A stretch of DNA of 64,000 nt from Daphnia carinata (lineage: Eukaryota): NCBI RefSeq assembly GCF_022539665.2, contig NC_081331.1, positions 7,378,001-7,442,000 on the forward strand. The letters run 5' to 3'. Every line of letters begins with the position of its first letter. Position 1 is the stretch's first letter. Positions 52,679-64,000 of this stretch are shown one piece after another. Both the position numbers and the translations under genes were made by a program. Under the pieces are notes generated by a model. That model did no database searches and had not been told where the DNA came from. It saw only the letters and a list, made by a program, of their open reading frames with translations.

Positions 52679-55600
52679 TTAAACTTCATGCCGCGCCAGA
52701 CTGTAATTGGCAACCGGGGATCCCATCGAGTGATGAGAATTCCGCGCACATCGGTCTTCATAAAGTGACATTCGTCCTCGTGCATGGGGTGGTCTGTTCG
52801 AATGTTCAGGCTCGGTAAAGTGGACGTTCGCTCTTGGCTGAGGCACAAAGGTGCTGAGTGTTCGCGTACAGTTAGCGTTGGAATAGTTGTGGCGTGGACG
52901 ATTGGATCTGCAGGGCAAACGAGCGGATATCGTGCTACTGGAAGCCTCGGTAACGGCAGTGTTTAAACTTCGCAAACTGTGATTGACGGTGTTATCGTTG
53001 AGCACTGTCACATCCTCGTTGCTGTTGCTGCGTCTTCCAGAATCACCTGTTCCGCTATCTTTGCTGCTCGAATGCTCAGAGTCGGAATTGTTATCGGCTA
53101 AATAGGTGTAGAGCTGACCAGTCGATCCGACACTTCCCTTGAATGCTAGGATTTCCAAATCAGGTGGATATAAGATAGCCGTTGGAATACTGTCTATATC
53201 GATGTTAAGATCTGGGTCATCACTCTCCGCAGCCATGAATTCGACTCCAGGGAACGGCACACTTGGCGTCGCATGCAGCGGTTGGTTTGGTAATGTAGAG
53301 GATGGAGACGAGAGGGCATTGATTTGCGCTCTCTTCCGCGTCTGATGGATGATGATCACCCACACGATCGATGTGCCCACGACACAGCAAACAACAGCAA
53401 TAATTATGATTCCAATAGTGGCCGATTCGTCTTCTCTTTCTCCCGACGCCAGCAACGTTGGAATAACCGTCAACATGCTAGAATCTCTTTCGACTCCAAG
53501 GGGGTTCGACATTTCACACTCATATCGACCGGCATCGGTTGCTCTTGTGTGAACGATAATCAAGAGTTGGCTATCGGCTGTGAAGAAATGCCTCTCGGTG
53601 GCAACTAATGGCCCACCATCTTTAGTCCAGTTCAATCGAGGTTTGGGAGAACCAGCCGCCATACACTCTAACACTGTAGTTTCGCCAGATACGATCTCCC
53701 TGTCTTCCATTTGTTTAACAAACGAAGGGGTTTCTATAATTGAATAAAACATTAAGAACAAATCTCTACCAAAATTATGAGTGGTGGCAACAACTTACCA
53801 AGAACAGTGAGCGTCGCATTTGCCACGATGACACCAGCCACGTTTTGAGCGGTGCAAGAGTAAACACCCATGTCGGCTGCCTTGACGTTCACGATGAAAA
53901 ACACATCATCATTTGACATGACATGCATGCGTCGCTCACGTGCAGCGGGAAAGTCATCGCCTCCATCCTTTTTCCAAGCTATCTCAGGTGGCGGGGACCC
54001 TTCTGCGTGGCATTCTAGCCGAGCAGTATTCCCTGCTTTCACTCGGATATCAACCGGCGTTTTTGTAAAGGTTGGAAAAACTAGAAATACGATACAAGAT
54101 ACATCAGAATTCTACTTTAGAATATGTAACGTAGTGAATTACCATGGACGGTTATCTTAGCTCGGGAAGAGTAGGTCGATCCAAAATCATTTGACACAAT
54201 GCATTGATAACGCCCAGCGTCTTCGTCGGTAATGTTTTGAAGTAGAAGCACCGACGTCATGAGATTAGTGCGCCCGTCCGGCGAACGAGCGAATGTTACT
54301 ACCTGACTGCCTCTGAAAACCAGATTATCTTTCTTCCAGATAGCATTCATAGGGGATGCCGCCGATGTCGATTCAGCTTTGCATGTCAAAGTAACGTTTT
54401 CTTCTTTCAAGGCCACTTTAGTTATGGGTTCTTCCGTGATAAAGGGTTTGGGAAAGTCATCTTTTAAAAAACTCCAGTTAGCTCAACGTTACTTATCAAA
54501 ACTGCAAAACTCATTTCCTTACCACATGTAAAATTATGAATGGATACATTTTGAACGACTGAACCGACCAGTGGTTCAGGGTGTCCGCACTTAAGATCTA
54601 CTGTTGCAGCCAGTGCGCCATTTGCATCCAGCCACGGTGGGAGCCATTTCAGTTGACAATCACATAGGAGGCTGCTGCTATTAAGTCGCAACTCCTCAAG
54701 CGCTGACAGCTCAGAAAAGGCTCCGTCTTGGATGGTTGCAATGGCGTTATCTTGCAAGTCGAGAATTTTGAGACCTTGCATTCCTGCAAAAGCTTTGCGA
54801 GCGACTGATTTAATGCGATTGGCGGCTAGGCCGAGTTTGGTCACTTGGCTAAGCTCGGTGAACGTTCCATTCGTGTCTTCGATGGTCCAGGATATTTCGT
54901 TATTATTAAGTTCACTGTAAACAAAAAATTAAAAATAACCATTTTGCAGGATTACTAGGCTAAGAATAAACGTTATCGTACAGTATTTGCAGCGATGGTA
55001 GATTGGCAAATGCTCCTTCCTCGACATAGGAGATTTTGTTATGATCGACGATCAGTTGCCGAAGCTTCGACAGTTTGGTTAAGGAAGACTTCTCGACCGA
55101 AACCAGATCATTGTGCGATAAATCCCTAAAAAATACAAAAATAAACTTACAGTTATAAAACGGAAAAATGAACATTACAGGGAACATTACAACGAAAAGA
55201 TTGCTTAAATATTTAAGGGGACTATCTATAGCATTTGATGTTGAAATGCTATGAATACTGTCAGTGAAACATCATCGCAGTTTTAAGCGGCAACCACTAT
55301 GTATAGCGGGCCTCTTATCCACCCAGATAAAAAAGGGTGCTTACCTATCCACAATGGTACACTCATCAAAATCCCCCTCAAGGGATAGGTGTGTGGGGTA
55401 TGGCCATCAAGACATACCCAGCACATAATATTTGGACCTGGGACAGTTGATGCTTCATCGACGTCCCCCCTTATTGTAATGAAACATCTAGACATAACTA
55501 CTAATGTAGAGGAAATGCACACTACAAATTACAAAATCGCAGCCAAAGTTACACAAAGTAACTTAGTAAAGTGAGGTATTACATTGTAAAAAAGTATCCT

Positions 55601-58600
55601 GACATTTTGATATGATTATCATGTCAGGTTTCCATTCATGAACTATTCGTATGATAGATTTACATGGATTTTCTGGTGTGAAGTTCTTAAAATCAAGATC
55701 AAATTTAAAGGGGGGAAAAATGAGATTATTATTGTTCCACTTACAGCTCCCACATCTGTTGGCAAAACTCCCAGGCGTCCTTGTCCACGGTCGAGATGTG
55801 GTTGTTGCTCAAGCCCAGCTGCTGCATCGAATTCAAGCCGTAGAGCCAAGCTTTGGTCACTGTCGTGATGTTGTTGAAATCCAGTTGCCTTTCGAATAAA
55901 GAAAAATTTAGCCAACGGGTCATTAATGTTGATTTTTCATCTAAGAACAAAATTTGCACTTTGTAAAAAAAAAGATGAAAAATTACAATTGTTGGATCGA
56001 CGATAGCCCAAAAAACGCGCCGTCGAAGAGTTGACTGATTTCATTTCGACGAAGGCGTAGGGCAATCAACGAAAGGAGGCCATCGAATGTCAATCCTTCT
56101 ATCTTTGTCAGACGATTCCGATTCAGTTCCCTATCACGAGCGAGACACAAAAAAAGGAGATGGTTAGATTCAATCAAACTTAATTCGATGTTTTCATTCC
56201 TTATTGTCTTCCACATCGGTAAAATGTTTGTTTATCACACTTACAGAACTTTAAGGGCCGAAAGTCTCTTAAACAGCTCTTTAGGAAGAGAAGTAATCCT
56301 GTTGCGTCCTAATTTCAAATCAACGAGCGCCGTCAGGTTGTAAAAACAACCTTTATCCATGTATTGTAGTCTGTTGTTGCTCAAATTCCTGGAAAAAACG
56401 AAGAAGTGTTAAAATTTCATATTGGTTATGTTCCGATCCCAACAAAGCCCATTCCCGTGGTATGATCCTACGTCCAATGACATTTTTAAATTAAGAAAGC
56501 ACGAAACTGTGGAATGCGGAAAAATAATATTTCAATTCAATCCCACTATTATTTTTTATTTGTATTCCCTTCTAGTGACGAAAGAGTTTCTTTGGTACCC
56601 ATTACCGATTTTTGTTGATCCAATTTTAGCTCTGTTAGGAGCCGTACAAAATTAAATAATACTTTTTAAAAAGCGCTTAATTTCAAAGTTTTAGACAAAA
56701 GGAAAAGCTTCAAAAGTGATTGGGTATCCCACTCAAATGGTAACTAGGTTGTCAACTTTTTACTATTTTGTTTAACTAAATATAATCAAGGGCGTCGTAC
56801 AATTTCGATACTTCATTCGTTCCTGCATCTATTTCACATTTATCCTCATTTGTTTTTACCGGTTTCGTATACAATATCGTATACGAATCGTACAATTCGT
56901 ATACAAGATGTTCATTAATGTTTTTTTTTTCAGTACGGATAAATTGCTGTTATTTGTCACTTTGACGTCAATCGTGGTGGTCAAGTTTTGAAAAACAATG
57001 TCTCAAATTACAGGAAAAACTATTGCCCACACAATTAGAATAATATGAAACGATCTTGACAGGATCAATTTACTCAGTCCATCGAAACAAAACTGGCAGC
57101 ATTGGTGAGTGGATCAAATACACGCAGTGAAATCAAACGTTATGAACTTACAAGATCTGGAGGCGGCTACCATTGGCGAATATTCCGGCAGGAAGCTCGT
57201 AGAGCTTGTTGTGGCTGAGATCTAGGTTCTTAAGAGACTTGGTTTGCGCTAACCACGTGCTGTTCATTGATAAGATTTCGTTGTGAGCCCTGGAAAACAA
57301 AAATGAGTAGTTAATCAGCCGTTTCCTCAGGAGACCTACGTGTGAACGATGCGATTCGCAGAACACAACTTACAGATTTAATGACGAAAGATTGACGAGC
57401 GGTCCTAGATCAGGAATTTCCACCATCTGGTTATGGTTCAATTTTCTGTTGTTTGTAAAGTTCAGGAACAAGGGAAAGAATAATAGAATAGACAAAACAA
57501 AGAAATGTTAGAGATATTTCTTTTTAAATGACTGGTTAGCTTGTACTAGTTTTTTTACGCACTATTGACATTACTGGATAAAAATTTATGCAATCTCAAC
57601 CCCTTGATAACAGAATCTAAATGGGGGATTTCGAACTGCCACTTACTTTCCTATATACGGTTACTACAGATGATACGGTAATGCAGTGTGACTACAATTA
57701 TAGAATGCCATTTGACTCTTGTTTTGAAACCTTTCGCTAACGTACAAAGTTTCTTCTGCAAAACTTCGAGAGCTGTGAGCGACAGGTGGTGCAAGCAGCA
57801 AATGGGATTAAGTAAGCGTAGAACAAAAGCAGTGCACATGGCAGCGAAAGAGTTAACATTATTTCCCTTATTTCCCATTGCAATTCTTTTGAACCACATC
57901 AACTTTACCAATTTTGCTACATACTCCACAGACGCTGTTTGATTTCTTACAATGTGGATTTTACAACGACAACAATATTCAAAGTGCCAAGCTAATGCCA
58001 TTAACTTAAGCTGGCGGAACTATTTCCGATTCCAAGAACATGTACTTACACTTCATTTAAGTGGATTAAGTTTGCGAGGGAACCGGGTACGACGAATTTT
58101 ACTCTGTTGTTGCTGAGATCTCTATTGAAGCGAAAGAAAAAAAATACAAAAATGTCATAAGTTATGTATCCAAATAGGTTACTCAATTTAGAATCTCTCT
58201 GTACATAAAACAACAACAGCAAAACGTTTTAAATAAATTTCTAGTGAACTAAAACTGCTGTTGATATTCAAAAATTCTTTGTAAAAAAAAAACTTTCTAC
58301 TAGGCTCATTATTTTATTTTTAACCTGATTGCAATAAACTGGGAGAGATCTAGGCGTGATTGCAGTGTGCAAATTTTGTTTTCAGCAACAATTCCATATG
58401 ATTGCCTTTCGTAGAATATAACTTAACTAGGCTGAATTGTTTCGTAGTTCTTTTACTTTTGTACAGGTGCTTCTTTTCACATTCAGAAATTGAATGCAGC
58501 TGACTAAAGAAACCTTTCATTTGAGCACAAGAATTGTCAAAGAAAAGAAACGGGTCAGATAGATGCTGAATATAGCTTGGGCGTAGTGGACGCACCGAAG

Positions 58601-60444
58601 CCTTCTATTCTTTTGATTTCTTTTGTGAAGTGCAGCTGTACACTATACGGCCTATCACTCAATAGCTACAGCGAAACGCACACCTTTTCAGCGTTTTCCA
58701 AGAATGGTGTGGGGGGTGAAGGGGAAATGAAAGAGGCAATTTTTTTTTACAATGCATACTCTCATGGGCTAGGGAAGATGGAAACTACAATCATAAAACG
58801 AATGTGGTAGATAGCAATGCCAAAATGCCCGACCCAAACGTGCACAAAGAGCATTTCTAAATACGGCTATCTAACGACTACGGTCTTGGACCAGGAAAGC
58901 GGACATGATGGATTAAGACGGAGGGCTCTCAGCATTGAGCGTGAAAGAAGGATGTTAATTAGGGATATTTCCTTTTGTCTGTAGATACAGCGGAAACGGG
59001 AATCTGATTTCGTTGCGACAGGAAGACTGTCTGTTTTGCCAAACCCAGGATTTTTTTATGGAGTAGATTCTACAAATGAGCCAAGTCTTTGAGTAGCACG
59101 AAGAAGCATTTTTTTTCTCATTTTCATACAGCAAACTTGGTGATCAATTAAAGAAGAATGGATATATTTCTGTAAAAAAATCAAATGGGGAAAATATTGA
59201 GCATGTAGGGGAAACTAGGAATGACTTTTGAATTTTTCCATGGCCTCCATAAGGAATCGTATTCCTACAACTGAAAAAGTCATTTCGTTGCACACGTCCA
59301 CCAGAATTTTCTCCCAAAATGGGAAACCGAGAAAAAGAGTATGACAGGCGAGGGGGAAGGTGTTGGAATGCCTGTATACCCATCACTTTAGACATGGGGG
59401 GAGAAATAAGATGAGGGGGTAAAACTTATAAGCGTCCGACACCTTATGTTGAGGGACTATACATCTAAAAGGTCTATAGAAATGTATAGCGGTAGGATGG
59501 GCTCAACCCAGTTCTACTTCTTCCCTCTTGAGGGGGACAAAACCCCAAAAGCTCTCTTTTGTACTTTAGTATGAGCGTTCCAAACAAGAGGATGGGAAAA
59601 GAAAGAAAAACCTTAAGAAAGCACCAAGTTCTCTAAAAAGACGACGAGGCCACCACGAAAAAGACTCCCCTTCTTCTTTAAAACCCTGGAAAGGTGCTGG
59701 CTCTTGGACGTGGGCACCACGGGGGAGCACCTTTAAACCCTCACAAAACTTTCTTGCTATAGCTTTTTCTTTCTCTACATTTGCTTCAAAGGTAAAATAA
59801 AATAAAAATACATTCACCTTCTCACTATTATCTATCTATAGCAGAGACATCTGTAATGAATGCTTCGTCGAATATACAGAAACCTCGAGATATCTCGGTT
59901 CCCCCTTAGCAATACCCTCACTGGCTTAAATTTTATGAATTCACAGGATGAATAACACCATTTTTAAAATTGAACTGGTGACTGTTTGCTTTTCAGTCAC
60001 AGGTCTATAGGGTTGTGGAATACTTACAAACGTTGCAGATTCTTGAGATGACTAAACTGGTAAGAGCTGAATGTATTAATGAGGTTTTCTTGTAGTTCCC
60101 TAACAAAGAAAACAAATGATTATCATAAAAAGCAGTATAGGGACAGGCAATGGTGAACCAAATTAAGACCTCATTCCATAAGCTAGTCCACTTATGACTT
60201 TGCTTTTTAATAAATTGGGATGGTTAAAATGCACTTACAAGACTTCAGTCCATAGAGGTAAATCTTTGGGCACTTGGGTAAGCCCCTGTTTGCTACAATC
60301 AACCAGGGTGCCAAGGCATGAACAAGTGACTGGGCAGGCACTGGATTGAGACGAGAGTGTGGCAAACAATGGAAGACACAATAACATGAAACACCAAACA
60401 CTAAAATTTCCACAACCAAATCGAATCTTTGGCCAAAAGGCCAT
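52679..60444 (-). CDS. LRIG: Leucine-rich repeats and immunoglobulin-like domains protein (LRIG1/2/3, Drosophila lambik orthologue), 13 coding exons, ~1060 aa
   Basis: Exons 60444-60239, 60099-60028, 58121-58050, 57445-57374, 57289-57152, 56388-56245, 56130-55987, 55888-55745, 55125-54982, 54914-54523, 54460-54143, 54080-53799, 53733-52679. All GT-AG, total 3183 nt. Signal peptide, [20 protein letters not shown], LRRs, [25 protein letters not shown], three Ig domains including [19 protein letters not shown] and [41 protein letters not shown]. An upstream in-frame ATG at 60504 is an alternative start. Confidence 0.95.
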
Positions 60445-60800
60445 TTTCCCGACTTGTATTGTTGTGCTCCTCCTTCGGGAAAGCAGTGGTTTTTGTTTGA
60501 ACATCGAAAGATGACGAGAAAGAAAGTGTGAATAAGGGACGCACGTTGGTAGCACAAATAATCCTCGAGCGTTACACAAAACACTGAAAATCCATCGCCT
60601 AAGTAAACATGGAACTGTTTAACGCAGAATGCTATTCCAGTTGGTATGTGTATGTTTCACAGACGAAATATCAATGTAAACTGTTGAGCTTTCTTTCTGA
60701 CGTATAACACTATAGACTACGAGCGTCCATATTGGTCACAACTCCCTACGAAAATGAAGGCCGTAAATGTCTCATATTTTATTTTGTTACTGCTGCGCAA

Positions 60801-60815
60801 CTGCCATCTGGCGAC
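60801..60815 (-). promoter_or_regulatory. CTCF-like motif GTCGCCAGATGGCAG upstream of LRIG
   Basis: + strand ctgccatctggcgac, ~360 bp upstream of the LRIG ATG. Confidence 0.45.
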
Positions 60816-63800
60816 AAAAAACTAGTTCCTTATTTTGCCGCTAAAATGAAACATTGCTGGCAGGGCTATCCTACTAGTAGTCTTTTTACGCTAAAAAGAG
60901 GATTTATCCCCAAATTAATTATACACAGATTTTTTTGAAATTAAAAGTACATTTTATAATAATTATACGAAACCCTTCGTCGAAAAAATGATTACATCGC
61001 ATTTTGAATTGCAACCAAACACTTCAACGGCGCAAATGAGCACCTTTTTTAAATTTTAGAATTAAAAAATAAAAGCAGATACAGAAGTTGTTGAAGCTTA
61101 TGTGTACTAAATTTGTTTTATTTAGCGTTTAAATTAATATACGAAAAGAATTCAATTACGTATATGGGAAATCTGTGTGCCAGCAACAACAATTTTGAAG
61201 CCAAGTTTAGCACGGCTCTAATGGCGAACACCCTAAATTAAAAATAATTCCGGGAAAATCTATAACTCTGTTTCTTAATATAGATTGGCTTTAGGTTTGG
61301 GACAAATGCATTTCTGAAAATTGGTATTTTATACTTTTGGGTATTTCCCCTTGAAGCTTTCAGTTTTGCGACTGAGGGTCCGCAAGCCATAGATGTAAGT
61401 GATTCACAACGACGTTCATCAAACGAAATTAATGTAGGACTGTGCGAAATTTTTACATAAGCGTATCGCATGTGGTGTTTTTGTTTTCTTTGGGAAATGG
61501 AGAAAAAACCATGAATCGCCAAAATTGTGGTGAGGGAGACAACTGCCTTCTACTGGAAATGATAGACAAGAATTATGCCATTCACTTTGGATGGCTATAG
61601 CTGGTCATGGAAACCCTCTGTATAAATCATTGAGACCCAGCCGAGATGACCTAGCCAGGTGTCCCTGCTATTGAACTAATTCATTAACGCGGGCCGATAC
61701 ATACGAAAAATGGAGAAAAGGCAGGAGAAAAAAAAAATAAAAGGTTAAACATAAAAGGACAAAGAAAGTTTCAAGTGAAGGATAAAAGATGGAGTCCTAA
61801 AAAACTTACCTTGCATGCGTAGACATTTTTGCCCACCTGCGCCCAGGTACACATGAAACTAGACTATCTACCGAATGAAGGCAGGAAATTTACTAGTGGT
61901 ATTCAAGTTGTTGCATTCAGAATAAAAAAAAAGTCCTGCTGAGTCGTTGTATTTCAATCGTTTTCATTGCGCTCAACCCCTCTTTAAAAAAAAAGAAAAG
62001 ACAGGAATATTGAATATTAGATTCAAACGGTTTCTTTTTTTCGTTACAAGACGAAAATAAAAATAAATGCACAAGACTGGATGCACTAAATCTGTTTTCA
62101 CGTTTAGCCAATGATATAAAGGAAATGTCGTGAGCTCGAAACTGTTAACGATTCTAAACAAGTACGTAATAATGCACGTACATATCTGTCTTGACACCAG
62201 AAACAATATGGATCTGGTTTCAGTTGCATTTAAAATCAATTGCTCATTGTCACCTGTGCATCGTGGTTGGCTTCATGTATCCCACTGTCCTTTTATTCTT
62301 TTTTCTTTAAAAAAAAATTAAATCAAAGCAGAGAAGAGCCCTTTACCTCACCGAAACAGGTGTGAATGTATTCACACCCGTTGACCATTCTTTTCGATGA
62401 AGTATGCCTTTCTCAACTTTTTATTTTTTTCGTTTTGTCCAGTCGAAATTTTCTTTCAAACGAAGGTCCCGATAGCGAAGAAAAAAAAATATTTCGAGTC
62501 CTCTTTTTTGTGATTCCCTTATGGCCTCGCCCTCCTGTGGATTGCTGGATATGCCTCATTTGCACCTGTGCGCCCAGTGGAGCCTAACCTCCAGATACTG
62601 AGATAGCGGAAGGTCACCTTTAGGTTTAATTTTAGTACTTTTTGAAATGATGTGCCACTGACTTTTTAATATGCTTTTTTGCTACAAATCGTTTCTGCAT
62701 TTGAATAGCCCGTAGTCTAGTAAAAGTTTGGCGGTTTGGTTGATTTAACAAATTTTAATTTTTTTGCAGATGGAGAAGATGGAAGTTTTGAAAGAGTAAA
62801 TAACTATTCAGAAACTTGCATTTTCTGCAGGTGCAAATGCTAGATACCCCTTTTATTTGGAGCTGTCTCTAAATTTTTTTACCACTCTATCCCCCTCCCC
62901 TTCTTTTTCTAATTGTGTTAATTATGTCAGCAGACAGCTTCTGGCTTCTGCGTTTTAAAAAAAGTTTGCAGAAAACCAATTAATCCCTTTCAGTTTTTAG
63001 TTTTCGCAAAATGGTGCTTTATATGAAACAAAAATGGCCTTTGTTCTTCGATAGCAAGAAATGAACTGCTTATAGTTTTCCAATAACAGTGAAAAACTGT
63101 CCATTTAAGGTTACATTACCGCCCGGCTGTTTCCAATTGTTTTTCACATTTATTCACAGCAAATGTAAATGGGACTTAGCAGTGACTTTCAACTTCCATA
63201 TATTTCGTCATTGATTCTAATGGACACAAAGGTAAGCATGGGTCTTTTTGTTCTACTATTTAGGTGATTTTTCATAACAATGTAAATTATCCACATCGGG
63301 TCTGCTACTGTGCATCACAAAGCTGATAGATTTCACCATACTACTAAAGTATCGCTCGTTAAGTCGTATCCTATAACGCCTCTGCACCTGAGTTCAACGC
63401 AATTCATATCGCATCACACTTTCAGGTCGCCAAATTGCTCATGCATACAAAACCAGCTCGTCTGATATTTTTTCCAACGCACATCTTTACTATACTTTCC
63501 CGTAAACCGCCATTTTTTTCACACCACTCTGTGCCGCAAAGCCGTCAACCCCCCCTTAAGCTTTCCAGATTCATCCCCACCAACAAAACCTAAAGCTATC
63601 TAAAAAAAAAAAAGAAAAAGAAAAACGACCAGCCTATCACCATTTCAGCCAACCCCTGAGCCGATTGAACCACAATGCCCCAAGTGATTCATCGGTCGAA
63701 ACCCTTCAGAGAGTCAAAAGCTGGAAATACTATGACTAATTTCAAGCTAAATTGTAGGAAAAACTGGAAATATCCAAATAAAAAAAAACACGTCGTATTT

Positions 63801-64000
63801 GTTAAATAATAATAATGGAAAAAATAAAGCAAATAATTATTCCTAATATTATTTTAGGGAAAACTGTTACCACAGAAATTATTATTTCGGCCGTCTTACG
63901 TGAAGTACTTGTTAACTGCTGTTTGGGGGTTTTGTAAGACAAAAAGTAGCGTCCAATAGAGGACAGTGATGTAGTCTACACAAGAAAGAATAACTCACAG

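Noticed and set aside
61600..64000. Scattered splice-site-like signals upstream of LRIG (e.g. 61805, 62770, 62830, 63160-63237)
   Set aside because: No consistent open frame or exon chain; cannot support a gene

Overview
Eukaryotic genomic DNA, most likely an arthropod. The 60-70 nt introns, homopolymer-rich spacers and protein motifs suggest a Daphnia-like crustacean, but that assignment is inference. Three protein-coding genes can be reconstructed by hand. (1) The large terminal coding exon of a BCL11/CTIP (Drosophila CG9650/Chronophage-like) zinc-finger transcription factor (+, 1229-4341); its upstream exons lie outside the window. (2) A 14-exon CLASRP/SFRS16 (SWAP-family) splicing factor (+, 47966-52028, about 683 aa). 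(3) A convergent 13-exon LRIG/lambik LRR-Ig receptor (-, 60444-52679, about 1060 aa). Between BCL11 and CLASRP is a ~40 kb stretch with no recognisable protein gene, probably the BCL11 regulatory landscape. The best leads are regulatory: an oversized CLASRP intron with competing splice signals and in-frame stops; CTCF-like motifs at the desert/housekeeping border and upstream of LRIG; hairpin-dense, mutually related blocks in two LRIG introns that flank an in-frame-skippable exon set; and a possible spliced antisense transcript at the CLASRP promoter. No tRNA, rRNA, CRISPR array or intact transposon was recognised. Nothing here demonstrates a novel system from sequence alone.
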